This document shows, piece after piece, positions 9,182 to 18,437 of a stretch of DNA of 64,000 nt. The position numbers and the translations under genes were made by a program. Position 1 is the first letter of the stretch. Each line of letters begins with the position of its first letter. The DNA lies in assembly GCA_964411565.1 (NCBI GenBank), contig CAYPLB010000001.1, forward strand, positions 106,839 to 170,838, given 5' to 3'. The stretch is from Candidatus Woesearchaeota archaeon (lineage in GTDB: Archaea; Nanobdellota; Nanobdellia; SCGC-AAA011-G17; GW2011-AR17). Under the pieces are notes generated by a model, which saw only the letters and a list, made by a program, of their open reading frames with translations, was not told where the DNA came from and ran no database searches.

Positions 9182-9895
9182 TTATGAAGATATTTTTTTA
9201 CCAATATAATATACAGAAACTCCCCAAGGTAATGAAATTCTATTTTCAACTAAAAAGTTCTCAACTTTTAATATGTTAAATAATATTTTGTTTACTATTG
9301 GATTTTCTTCCTTTGCTGTGGTTTCTTCTTTTTTTAGGAAATTATTTAATTTTATTATTAAAAATGCTCCTGGAAATATTGTGAAGTCCCAATAAGTAAG
9401 AATTTGAGTTTTTAGTAAACCATTTGTAAGCCCTTTTATTTCTTTTTTTGTGTATCTTTTTTTATGTTGACATAAAACATCATGATGGGACCATAAGAAT
9501 TGGAAGGCTGAAGTATTTATTACAAGTTTTCCATCTTTTTTTAGAAGCTTTGTTAGATTTTTTATTAATTCTTTATCGTTATCAATATGTTCAATAATAT
9601 CTAAAGCTAAAATTAAATCAAATGTGTTTTCTTCAAAAGGGAGTTCTTTTGTAACATCTCCTTGAACAGCTTTTATACCTTGAGCTTTAGCTCTTTCAAC
9701 AGCTTCTTTTGATATGTCAATACCGTATTTTTCTTTAGTTGGAAATTCTTTTAGATTGATACAGGAACTACAACCTACTTCTAGGATTTTTGCATCGGAA
9801 GAAACTTTTATTCTTTTAATTAGATCTCTTTTTCCTTTGAACCACCAGTGTTCTTTTTCTAGCTTGAAATAGTCTTGCTCATAATCTTTGTCCAT
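9182..9895 (-). CDS. class I SAM-dependent methyltransferase
   Basis: 237 aa. Motif I ILEVGCSSC and the acidic post-II/III region DLILALDIIEHI support the call, with a hydrophobic C-terminal segment. Confidence 0.7.
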   Translation of the reverse strand: MDKDYEQDYFKLEKEHWWFKGKRDLIKRIKVSSDAKILEVGCSSCINLKEFPTKEKYGIDISKEAVERAKAQGIKAVQGDVTKELPFEENTFDLILALDIIEHIDNDKELIKNLTKLLKKDGKLVINTSAFQFLWSHHDVLCQHKKRYTKKEIKGLTNGLLKTQILTYWDFTIFPGAFLIIKLNNFLKKEETTAKEENPIVNKILFNILKVENFLVENRISLPWGVSVYYIGKKISS

Positions 9896-9918
9896 AAATA
9901 TAGAATTATTTTGTCTTG

Positions 9919-9926
9919 TTTATAAA
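9919..9926. promoter_or_regulatory. shared (bidirectional) TATA box between divergent genes 9895(-) and 9958(+)
   Basis: tttataaa lies 24 nt from ATG 9895 (minus strand) and 32-39 nt from ATG 9958. It belongs to the motif TATAAAGGTTTATGAAGG. Confidence 0.4.
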
Positions 9927-9957
9927 GGTTTATGAAGGATCTTAATAAAACTTTTAA

Positions 9958-10854
9958 ATGGATATTTTAAAGAAAATAGATATGTTTGTTGTAATTACTA
10001 TTCCTGCATATAATGAAGAGGAAACAATTCCTAGTGTTATAGAAGAAATTAAGTTAGTTATGAATAAAACTAAGTATAAATATAAAATCTTAGTTGTTGA
10101 TGATGGTAGTGTAGATAAAACTAGTGAGGTTTCTAAGAAAGCTGGAGCTATTGTTGTTAGAAAAAGACATAGTGGATTACTTGAAACTTTTAAAAGAGAA
10201 ATGAGTGAATGTTTGAAATTAAAAGCAGATATAATTGTACATACAGATGCTGATGGACAGTATCCTTCAGAATATATTCCACTTCTAATTGAAGAAATTG
10301 AGAAGGGAAATGATTTGGTTTTAGGAAGTAGGTTTAAAGGAGAAATTGAGTCAATGCCTTTTTTGAAATGGTTTGGTAATGTTGCTTTTGCAAAAGTGTT
10401 TACACAAATTTGTAAAACTGAAATTACTGATTCAACAACAGGATTTAGAGCTTTTAGAAGAGAAGTTGCAGAAGCGATAGAATATAATACTGATTTTACG
10501 TACACACAGGAACAATTGATTAAAGCTTCAAGGTTGAAGTTTAGAATAAAAGAAATTCCTATATATGCGAGAAAAACTCGAGAAAGTAGGTTGATGACAG
10601 GAGCATTTGATTATGCATTAAAAGCTTGGATAAATATTTTTAAAATATATAGAGATTATAAGCCTCTGGCATTTTTTGGGAAGATAGGAATTATGTTGTT
10701 GACTTTTGGGATGTTAATTGGTTTATACGTAGTTTATCATATTTTACAGTATGATGGGACTGGAGGGACTCCTAGGGTTGTTTTGTCAGCTTTATTGATA
10801 TTAACTGGTATGCAAATTGTGCTTTTTGGATTTATGGCAGATATGAAAAAATAA
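9958..10854 (+). CDS. GT2 dolichyl-phosphate-sugar synthase-like glycosyltransferase with C-terminal TM anchor
   Basis: 298 aa. It carries VVITIPAYNEEETI, VVDDGSVDKTSEV and HTDADGQY (DxD), plus two C-terminal TM helices. The architecture resembles archaeal AglJ/AglD or bacterial GtrB. Confidence 0.85.
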   Translation: MDILKKIDMFVVITIPAYNEEETIPSVIEEIKLVMNKTKYKYKILVVDDGSVDKTSEVSKKAGAIVVRKRHSGLLETFKREMSECLKLKADIIVHTDADGQYPSEYIPLLIEEIEKGNDLVLGSRFKGEIESMPFLKWFGNVAFAKVFTQICKTEITDSTTGFRAFRREVAEAIEYNTDFTYTQEQLIKASRLKFRIKEIPIYARKTRESRLMTGAFDYALKAWINIFKIYRDYKPLAFFGKIGIMLLTFGMLIGLYVVYHILQYDGTGGTPRVVLSALLILTGMQIVLFGFMADMKK

Positions 10855-10903
10855 TATGTTAATTTTTTTTAACACTTGTTAGACTATTTTAACAAACCAA
10901 AGA

Positions 10904-10911
10904 TTTATAAA
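10904..10911 (+). promoter_or_regulatory. TATA box for the MNT-HEPN operon
   Basis: tttataaa sits 24-31 nt upstream of ATG 10935, followed by gttatg as in the recurrent motif. Confidence 0.4.
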
Positions 10912-10934
10912 GTTATGTTAATTTTATTTTACAT

Positions 10935-11444
10935 ATGTTAGGAATATTTAACAAACTGAAACCTTTTTTTGAAGATAATTATAGAAGAATTAGTGTTAGA
11001 GAATATGCAAGGATTTTGAAAATAAGCCCTCCAAATGCTTCAGTAATTTTGAATAATTTTGTTAAGGAAGGATTATTATTGAAGGAGGAAGATAGAAGAT
11101 ATCATTTTTTTAGTGTAAATAGAAAAAGTAAAATGTTTGTTAAATTGCAACAATTGTATTATCAAGGAAAATTTAAATCTCTTTTTGAAGAAATTGAGAA
11201 AGAATTTGTAAGTCCTGTTATTATTTTATTTGGTTCTTTTGCAAAAACAGAAGTAAGTAAAAATTCAGATATTGATATTGCAGTTTTTTCAGTGAGTAAG
11301 AAAAAAATTAATTTGAAAAAGTATGAAAAAAAATATGGACGGGAAATTCAATTGTTTGTTTTTAAGGATAGAAAGAAATTAGAGAAAAATGAAGATTTGC
11401 TTAATAATATTTTAAATGGATTTATTGTTTCTGGGAGTTGGTAG
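10935..11444 (+). CDS. minimal nucleotidyltransferase (MNT) with N-terminal winged-helix; toxin-antitoxin-like
   Basis: 169 aa. ILFGSFAKTEVSKNSDIDIAVFS is the canonical GS-x9-DxD pol-beta NTase motif. Its stop TAG directly abuts the next ATG. Confidence 0.8.
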   Translation: MLGIFNKLKPFFEDNYRRISVREYARILKISPPNASVILNNFVKEGLLLKEEDRRYHFFSVNRKSKMFVKLQQLYYQGKFKSLFEEIEKEFVSPVIILFGSFAKTEVSKNSDIDIAVFSVSKKKINLKKYEKKYGREIQLFVFKDRKKLEKNEDLLNNILNGFIVSGSW

Positions 11445-11846
11445 ATGGACCTTGAAAATTGTAAAAAGAGAGGATTAGTTAAGGAAGTAAATGTGGATTT
11501 AAATAGAATGAAATCTCTTTTGAAAGTTGCAAAAAATAAAGAAAAAGCTTCTGATATTTTACCTGAAGAGTTTTTGGAATCAAAAATAAGTCTACTTTAT
11601 GATGCATTAAGGATGATTTTGGAATATTTAGCTTTGAAGGAAAATTTTAAAATATATAATCATGAATGTTATGTCTCCTTTTTGAAAGAAGTTTTGAATG
11701 AATCTCGTTTAGGAGATAAATTTGATGATTTTAGGAAAATAAGGAATTCTATAAATTATTATGGGAAAGAGTTGGATAATGATGAGGCTAGAGAAATTCT
11801 TTTGCAAATGAAGGATTTTATTAAGAAAATAAAGATGAGGAAGTGA
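11445..11846 (+). CDS. HEPN-domain protein, partner of MNT
   Basis: 133 aa, all-helical, immediately contiguous with the MNT gene. A C-terminal RKIRNSINYYG region is a degenerate R-x4-6-H-like HEPN motif. Confidence 0.55.
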   Translation: MDLENCKKRGLVKEVNVDLNRMKSLLKVAKNKEKASDILPEEFLESKISLLYDALRMILEYLALKENFKIYNHECYVSFLKEVLNESRLGDKFDDFRKIRNSINYYGKELDNDEAREILLQMKDFIKKIKMRK

Positions 11847-11883
11847 GTAAGTTTTTTAAAGAGTATTTTATTTCTTTTTTAGA

Positions 11884-12564
11884 ATGAGTAGTGAAGATTT
11901 TTATGGGAAAACATATGGAAAGGATTTTGATAAAAGTTTATATGATCTTCCTGAGATAAAGTTTAGAAGAAAGAAAGTTGTTCGTATGGTTGGAAGGAAT
12001 AAAAGAGTTTTAGATTTAGGTTGTTCTTTAGGAAATATCTCAAAAGGTTTGTTAGCAAATAGGAATGAAGTTTATGGGATAGATGTAGCAAAAGAATCTG
12101 TTGATTTCTGTAAGAAATTAGGAATTAAGGCAAAAGTACATAATGTAGAAGAAGGGAAGATGCCTTACAAAGATGATTTTTTTGATGTTGTTGTTTTTAG
12201 TGAAGTTGTTGAACATTTGTTTAACACAGATCATGCTATTAGAGAAATTTATAGAGTTTTGAAGAAAGGTGGATACTTAATTATTACAACTCCAAATATT
12301 GCAGCTCTGAATAGAAGGTTGAAATTATTTTTAGGTTTGAACCCTGGAATTGATTTAGGAATTGAGTCCAGTGGTGATGAGAGAGCAATTGGACATATTA
12401 GGTATTTTACTTTTGATAGTTTGAAGAAATTGTTGAGAAGGAATGGTTTGAGAGTTGTGCATATGTCAAGTGATGTTATTATGTTGAATAGATTGAGAAT
12501 GTATGAAATGGCGAAGATCTTTCCAAGGTTTGGTTATACTATTTATTTGAAAGCTCGGAAATGA
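11884..12564 (+). CDS. class I SAM-dependent methyltransferase
   Basis: 226 aa. Motif I VLDLGCSLGN plus FDVVVFSEVVEHL (motif II/III) support the call. Confidence 0.8.
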   Translation: MSSEDFYGKTYGKDFDKSLYDLPEIKFRRKKVVRMVGRNKRVLDLGCSLGNISKGLLANRNEVYGIDVAKESVDFCKKLGIKAKVHNVEEGKMPYKDDFFDVVVFSEVVEHLFNTDHAIREIYRVLKKGGYLIITTPNIAALNRRLKLFLGLNPGIDLGIESSGDERAIGHIRYFTFDSLKKLLRRNGLRVVHMSSDVIMLNRLRMYEMAKIFPRFGYTIYLKARK

Positions 12565-13612
12565 TCTCTAAGTTTTTGTTTACAAAATTTTTCCAAGTGA
12601 ATTTTTTGGATTGTTTAATTCCTTTTTTTGAAAGTTCTTTGGAATATTTTTTGTCTTTTATTATTTTAGTTATTTCTTTTGAAAGTTTTTTAAAGTCTTT
12701 CTCGTCGATAGTTATTCCTCCATTGCCAATTACTTCTGGTAGAGAAGATTTGTTTGAAGTAATTGTTGGAGTTCCACATGCCATTGATTCTAAAGGAGGT
12801 AATCCGAAACCTGCATAAGAACATAAGTAAATAGAAATGTCTGCAATGTTATAAAGATAGGATAAATCTTGTTCGGGGACATAATTAGTGAAAATAATGT
12901 CTTTTTGGAGGTTTAGTTTTTTAATTATTCTATTTAATTTTTTTCTCATTTCGGGGTAGTTTGACTTTCCTACTTTGATTAATTTTAAATTTGGTATTTC
13001 TCTTTGTGCAAGTTTGAATGCCTTTAGTAAAGTTAATAGATTCATTCTTGGTTCTTCATTTCCAACATAGATTAAATAATTATTTTCTTTAGGAAGATTG
13101 TATTTTTCTCTTATCTTTTTTAGATCTTTTATTGGTTTGTAGATATTATGGTCAACACCAATATGAGCAACTGTGATTTTTTCTTTTGGATATTTTAAAT
13201 GTTTTACAATTTCATCTTTTGTGAATTGTGAGATTGCAATTATATGATCTGCTTTGCACATTCCTCTGTAGGCAAACTTTGCTTTTATTTTTTGAAACTT
13301 TGTTCCATAAGGAAGTACTAAAGGTATAATATCATAACATAAAACAAGGGATTTTTTGAATTTAAAGAAGTTTAAGATATGTGCGTCAGCTTGTGAAAGT
13401 ATGTATGAAATAGAGTTTTTCCTTCTTTTTTTTATTGTGGATAAAGGTGCATCTGTTAGGAAATCAAGGAAATTAAGGATTCTATTTTTTGGTTTGTAAG
13501 AAATTATTCTTTTGTTAATATTCTTAGGAAGACCTTTTAGCAATTCTAACTTACATCTGTTCATACCAAAAATTTCTTTTGTATGTCTACCAAAGTATAA
13601 ATCTAGTTTCAT
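12539..13612 (-). CDS. GT4 family glycosyltransferase
   Basis: 357 aa. AGFGLPPLESMACGTPTITSNKSSLPEVIGNGG matches the GT4 E-x7-E region. Confidence 0.8.
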   Translation of the reverse strand: MKLDLYFGRHTKEIFGMNRCKLELLKGLPKNINKRIISYKPKNRILNFLDFLTDAPLSTIKKRRKNSISYILSQADAHILNFFKFKKSLVLCYDIIPLVLPYGTKFQKIKAKFAYRGMCKADHIIAISQFTKDEIVKHLKYPKEKITVAHIGVDHNIYKPIKDLKKIREKYNLPKENNYLIYVGNEEPRMNLLTLLKAFKLAQREIPNLKLIKVGKSNYPEMRKKLNRIIKKLNLQKDIIFTNYVPEQDLSYLYNIADISIYLCSYAGFGLPPLESMACGTPTITSNKSSLPEVIGNGGITIDEKDFKKLSKEITKIIKDKKYSKELSKKGIKQSKKFTWKNFVNKNLEIISELSNK

Positions 13613-13653
13613 TAGGTTTTTTGAAAAAGGTTTTGTATATAAATGTAGTGGAG

Positions 13654-15489
13654 TTATCCTTGAACCTTTGTTAGTAATAATGGGAAAAATTTTGGATAAG
13701 CTTTGTCTAAAATGTCATAGGCTTGGGAATATAAAACTCTTAATCTTTGTTGTTCTTGTGGATTGATTTTTCCATCAACTGTGTAAGTTCCTGAGCTATG
13801 GTTAATACTTACTTCTGATTGTAAAATTTCATTTTTGAAGTAAACGAAACCAGCTTGATGGTATAGAGAATGAAGAGGATGATGGAAATAACCTTTTAGT
13901 TCTTCATCTTGGTTTAATCTTGCTCTCCATCTGAATATTATTGAAGCAGCTTCATTACTATATCTTAAGGTGCAATTTTCAGTTTCAAGTTCTTTTTCTT
14001 GTTTAAAAATTGTTGTTTCTAATTGAGTTCTATATTCATCGTTTTTTAAGGATGGAGGTTTAAAAGCAGTTCTTCTTTCATGATTAGGATCAAGAATAAA
14101 TAATTTTCTTTCTAGCCTTCCAATTTCTTTTTTTCTTCTTTCATGTTCTTTTGCACCAATTAGTGGCCATCTTAGGAATGGATTTTGAGATTTTAAAATT
14201 ATTCTTTTTGTAGAAGATAATTGGAAAAGTGGATATTGTAAATCTAATATTTTAAATTTAATATCTTTAAGAGTTGGATCTTCTTCTTCAAGAAAAGATA
14301 ACATTTCTTGTTCATATTGTAAATTTCTTTTTCTATGATTAATGATAGGGATACTAGTTATGATTCCAGATGTTAGACATGCTCCAGCTGTTAATAACAT
14401 TCCAGGAATGGAACCTAATAAATATGGCATTGTACTAGCAGCTACAACACCTCCAATTAAAGCTCCAGATATTACAGGTAAGTGAGGGAATTCTTTTGTT
14501 TTTCTTTCTGCTGCTTCAATTATACTTGTTTGTTCAGAAAGTATTTGAGAAATGTCAGTTGTTGTTAATGTCAGTTTTTTGGATTTGTGTTTTGGTATTA
14601 TTGTTTCTACATAAGATTCTAAATCTGATTTTACTTCTCTTACTGTTTGATAATTTTTTGTTAAGTCTACAAGCAATAATTTATCAACAATGTTTTTTAA
14701 TCCTTCTGGGATTCTTTCAGGAAGTTTATATGGACTCACTCCTGTGATTCTGCTCATTAAAATTTCTCTTTTTAGTTCTCCTTCTAAAGCAAAAGCTGCT
14801 GAACAACCAAGAGCATATAAATCACATTTTGTATTACTCTCTCCAATTTCTTGAAGAGGGTGTCTGGTAGTTATAGAACCTACAGAAGTATAAGAAGTTC
14901 CTTCTCCACCTTTTTCTTTTGAAGTGTCCATGTCAATGATTCTAACGAATCCAATATCATCTACAATTAAATGTTCAGGCTTTATATCTCTATGAACAAT
15001 GTCTTGAGAATGTAAATATTCTAATCCTTCGGAAGTGCTAAGTAAGATAGGAGCTAATTCTTTTGCTGTAAGTCTTCCTTTTTCTTCAACCATTTCAGCT
15101 AAGCTTTTTCCTTGTGCTTTTTCTCTAATAGCTAAGAAAAAATCTTCATGTTCGATTACTTCTAATAGTTTTGGGAAGTGAGGATTATCTATGATTCTTG
15201 AGTTATTTAATCCTCTTCTTATTGCATTGAGTAAGGAATCATAGTCTGCATCTGCTAAATTACCAGCAACAAGTTTTGCAACATATTCATTTTCATTATT
15301 ATCTTTTAATTCAAAAACTAATCCTTGTCTACCTATACCTAAAGTATCTGTAATTTGGTATTCTCCAATTGTACCTGTAGGATATAATTCAAAAAAATCA
15401 TCAAATGTTCTTCGAAATCTTCTAATCTCTCTTTTATTCAATTTTTCTTCTAATTTTTGTCTAGGTAATAATTCAATAGCTTGTTGCAT
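13654..15489 (-). CDS. eukaryotic-like Ser/Thr protein kinase, membrane-spanning, with C-terminal domain of unknown function
   Basis: 611 aa. The Gly-rich loop LGIGRQGLV, catalytic loop HRDIKPEHL and a DFG-like IIDMDTS are present. Two TM helices follow around residue 350, then a roughly 220-aa C-terminal domain. Confidence 0.8.
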   Translation of the reverse strand: MQQAIELLPRQKLEEKLNKREIRRFRRTFDDFFELYPTGTIGEYQITDTLGIGRQGLVFELKDNNENEYVAKLVAGNLADADYDSLLNAIRRGLNNSRIIDNPHFPKLLEVIEHEDFFLAIREKAQGKSLAEMVEEKGRLTAKELAPILLSTSEGLEYLHSQDIVHRDIKPEHLIVDDIGFVRIIDMDTSKEKGGEGTSYTSVGSITTRHPLQEIGESNTKCDLYALGCSAAFALEGELKREILMSRITGVSPYKLPERIPEGLKNIVDKLLLVDLTKNYQTVREVKSDLESYVETIIPKHKSKKLTLTTTDISQILSEQTSIIEAAERKTKEFPHLPVISGALIGGVVAASTMPYLLGSIPGMLLTAGACLTSGIITSIPIINHRKRNLQYEQEMLSFLEEEDPTLKDIKFKILDLQYPLFQLSSTKRIILKSQNPFLRWPLIGAKEHERRKKEIGRLERKLFILDPNHERRTAFKPPSLKNDEYRTQLETTIFKQEKELETENCTLRYSNEAASIIFRWRARLNQDEELKGYFHHPLHSLYHQAGFVYFKNEILQSEVSINHSSGTYTVDGKINPQEQQRLRVLYSQAYDILDKAYPKFFPLLLTKVQG

Positions 15490-15569
15490 TAGAAAAGAAA
15501 TTTTATTTTGATTTATAAGAATTGTTAAACTGCGAAAATATTAAATATAGGTTTATTATTAAGGTATTT

Positions 15570-16313
15570 ATGAATATGAAATATTTAGTAGGTTTGGTTC
15601 CTGCTGTTGGGATTATAACTGTTGGGACTATAGATATACATTCTATAGGGGATGATTTTAATGTTAGTGTTAAACAAGAAGGTTTGGAAGCTAAGTTTGA
15701 TATTTCTAATCCTGGATATAGAGATCATTGTTTGAGAAATTATGATATTATGGTTAGAATAGTTCAAGTGGAAGGTATGAAATATGCTGACCATGGAGAT
15801 GGTTATGAATTTGACTATGATTCTGCAGATTTACTATATAGAGCTCCTATTTGGAATGGTGATGGAAGTAGAGCTGCACCAACAGTAGGTGAGTTAATGT
15901 TACAAAGTGGAGTTTTAGTTGAAGATGGAGACAAAATATTGGTCTCTGAAGAATATAAATCAATAGTAAGTGAAGAAGAGGTAGAGAGAAGAAGAAAGGA
16001 AGAAAGTAATGTAATTTTTGTTGATCCAAATGAAGGAGGGCCAATAGGACTTTTTTATACAGTTGTAAGAATGGGTGGTAGATTTTTGAAACAAGTTAAT
16101 GAAGAGGATGATCATTTGCGACTTTATATTGCAAGAGTAGATCTACCTCTGATTGCAAGAGAATTGGAAGAGTCAAGGTTGCAAGTTGTTGAAGAAGAGG
16201 ACAGTTCTTTTGTGTTTAGTTGGCCTTGTTGTATTCCAAGTTTTAGAAGTTCAAAAGCAAAGGAAATGAGAGAAATGTATCCTGATCCAACTTTGGGAAA
16301 GAATTTTTTATAA
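15570..16313 (+). CDS. hypothetical protein (N-terminal hydrophobic segment)
   Basis: The ORF track starts at 15522. The internal ATG at 15570 (MNMKYLVGLVPAVGIITV) is the more plausible start. The protein is acidic with no recognisable motif and is divergent from the kinase gene. Confidence 0.45.
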   Translation: MNMKYLVGLVPAVGIITVGTIDIHSIGDDFNVSVKQEGLEAKFDISNPGYRDHCLRNYDIMVRIVQVEGMKYADHGDGYEFDYDSADLLYRAPIWNGDGSRAAPTVGELMLQSGVLVEDGDKILVSEEYKSIVSEEEVERRRKEESNVIFVDPNEGGPIGLFYTVVRMGGRFLKQVNEEDDHLRLYIARVDLPLIARELEESRLQVVEEEDSSFVFSWPCCIPSFRSSKAKEMREMYPDPTLGKNFL

Positions 16314-16399
16314 AAATTGGTTTTAATTTATTTCTTTTTTGAAAAATTTTCAGATTTTTTATAAATAGATTTATATATTACTTAGTATTACTTTGTATT

Positions 16400-16657
16400 A
16401 TGGAAACAATAAGTTTGAAAATGGAAACTAAATTAATAAAAGATATTGATAGAGCAATGAAGAGACATAGATATTCTACAAGGACTGAATTTATTAGAGA
16501 TGCTATTAGGAATAAACTTGGAGCATTAGGTAAAGAAGAAGCTATTAGAAATTTAGAAAAATATTTTGGTAAAGGGAAGTCTAAGAATAAATTTTCAGAT
16601 CGAGAATGTAGAGAGTTAGCTTGGAAGGAATATGGTAGAAAATATAATTTAGATTAA
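16400..16657 (+). CDS. ribbon-helix-helix (CopG/Arc-like) DNA-binding protein
   Basis: 85 aa. An N-terminal beta-strand then two helices (ISLKMETKLIKDIDRAMKRHRYSTRTEFIRDAIRNKL) is typical of the RHH fold. Confidence 0.5.
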   Translation: METISLKMETKLIKDIDRAMKRHRYSTRTEFIRDAIRNKLGALGKEEAIRNLEKYFGKGKSKNKFSDRECRELAWKEYGRKYNLD

Positions 16658-16748
16658 GTCTTCTGGTTTTTTAATCTCTAAATATCCTTCAAATATAATC
16701 TATTCTAGTATCATAAAGCTTTTAAAATGATGAAATTGGATTTATTTT

Positions 16749-18437
16749 ATGTCTTTAAATAAGGAATTAAAGAAACTTATCTTATTATATTTAGCATTTG
16801 TTTTGGGGAAGGTTGTATTAGGGTTTTTTATTAGTTCTCCGAGTGCCTTAGGTGATGAGTATCTTTATTCAAAAATAGCTAGAAATCTCTTTGAATATAG
16901 TTCTAGCTTGTATCATGGAGATGTTTTAGCTCATAAGTATCTTCCTTTGTATCCTTTGTTTTTATCAATAGGATATCTATTTTCAAACATGGAAGTTGTA
17001 TACTTTGTAATGAAAGTAGTTAATGCATTTCTTTCATCAGCTATTATTTTTCCAGTTTATTATTTAGCAAGAGAATTTTTAGAATCAAGGAAAGCTTTTG
17101 TCGGAGCATTTTTAGTTTCAATATTTGTAGCAAATTTTAATGTATTTGCATATTTAATGTCAGAGAATTTATTCTATCCTTTGTTTATGTTATTTGTATT
17201 TTTAGTTTATTTTGCTTTTAAAACAGATAATAAATGGTTGTTTTTAATCTCTGGAATAGTTTTAGCTTTAGCTTATTGGGTTAGAGTTTTAGCTTTAGTT
17301 CTGATTCCAGTAGTTTTTGTGGTTTGGTTATTTAGAAGGACTAAATTTGTGAACCTAATTTGGCATTATGGCTTTGCTTTGCTCTGTGTGATCCCAATCT
17401 TTTTTAGAAATGTTGGAACTTATGGAGGGTCAGCAATGGCAGTGACTGGAGGTTATGGTGGTCCATTAGCTTTTATGGGTAACTTTATGACAAATCCTTT
17501 AGGATTTTTTAATTGGATTGCTTTATACTTTGCTTATGCATTGATTGCTACAGGATTTATTTTTGGATTTTATTTCTTGCTTGGATTGAAAGTTAAAGAT
17601 AAGGATTTTAAATTATTGTATATGATTACAGGAATTAGTTTTATTGTCAATGTTTTAGTTATTGCAAATCAAGCAAATGGAAGTGATTTATTGTATAATT
17701 CACCTTTCTTTCCTTTGTTTTCAAATAGACCTATAGGTCGATATTTTGATATGACTTTGTCCTTAGTTTTGTTAGTAGGGTATATTTCTTTTGAAAAATT
17801 TGAGTTTAAAGAGAAATTTATTAAATTTGCAATTGGATTTAGTTCATTGATTTTGTTGTTAGGTACACAGCTGACAATTGCAGCTTTATTTCCTTTCAAT
17901 AATATGGCATTATCTTTGTTGGGTGTGTTAGATTTATTTTTAGAATGGTTATTTTATGGTTCAATCTTTTTAGAGTTTACTTGGTTGCCTTTCATTATTA
18001 TTGCTTGTATATTATTTATTATTCCGTATACTCTTTTATTGTTTAGAAAAAATAAGAATTTAGTGTTTTATTTAGGTGCTGGGTTTATTGTTCTTACTAC
18101 AGTAGTTAGTTTCTGTTTGATTTCATTTAATGCTGCACATTATTGGGGAGATTCTGATCAAGCAGAGTTAGGTCATTGGTTCAATGAAAATGTGGAAGGA
18201 AATGTTTTGTTGGATGAAAGATTTGTCTCAGATAAATTGACTAAGTATACTTTGAATGAAGAATTGTTTAATGTAAGGAATGAATGGTCATTGTTTGGGT
18301 TTTGGGTTAATGAAGAAATTAGAGTTGGAAGTCCATATAATATTGAAGGATTTGATTATTTAGTTTCTATGGATGAAAACTTAGGTTATGATATTATAAA
18401 GAAAGAAGGAGACTTTATTTTGTATGAGTTAAAATGA
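16749..18437 (+). CDS. polytopic membrane glycosyltransferase, GT-C fold (ArnT/PMT-like)
   Basis: 562 aa with about 12 or more TM helices. The N-terminal loop YLYSKIARNLFEYSSSLYHGDVLAHKYLPLYPLF resembles the ArnT/PMT_2 family. It is a paralog of the 861 and 44315 genes. Confidence 0.6.
   Translation: MSLNKELKKLILLYLAFVLGKVVLGFFISSPSALGDEYLYSKIARNLFEYSSSLYHGDVLAHKYLPLYPLFLSIGYLFSNMEVVYFVMKVVNAFLSSAIIFPVYYLAREFLESRKAFVGAFLVSIFVANFNVFAYLMSENLFYPLFMLFVFLVYFAFKTDNKWLFLISGIVLALAYWVRVLALVLIPVVFVVWLFRRTKFVNLIWHYGFALLCVIPIFFRNVGTYGGSAMAVTGGYGGPLAFMGNFMTNPLGFFNWIALYFAYALIATGFIFGFYFLLGLKVKDKDFKLLYMITGISFIVNVLVIANQANGSDLLYNSPFFPLFSNRPIGRYFDMTLSLVLLVGYISFEKFEFKEKFIKFAIGFSSLILLLGTQLTIAALFPFNNMALSLLGVLDLFLEWLFYGSIFLEFTWLPFIIIACILFIIPYTLLLFRKNKNLVFYLGAGFIVLTTVVSFCLISFNAAHYWGDSDQAELGHWFNENVEGNVLLDERFVSDKLTKYTLNEELFNVRNEWSLFGFWVNEEIRVGSPYNIEGFDYLVSMDENLGYDIIKKEGDFILYELK

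Noticed and set aside
9934-9972. ATG inside the recurrent motif opening a 12-codon uORF (MKDLNKTFKWIF)
   Set aside because: It is out of frame with the 9958 GT2 start and has no SD. The uORFs at the other motif copies are only 4 codons, so this is more likely a DNA-level motif than a coding leader peptide.
9954-10505. 183-aa minus-strand ORF antisense to the GT2 gene 9958..10854
   Set aside because: The plus-strand frame has unambiguous GT2 motifs (PAYNEEE, VVDDGS, DADGQY). The antisense frame is low-complexity S/L/I-rich with no motifs, so it is a shadow ORF.
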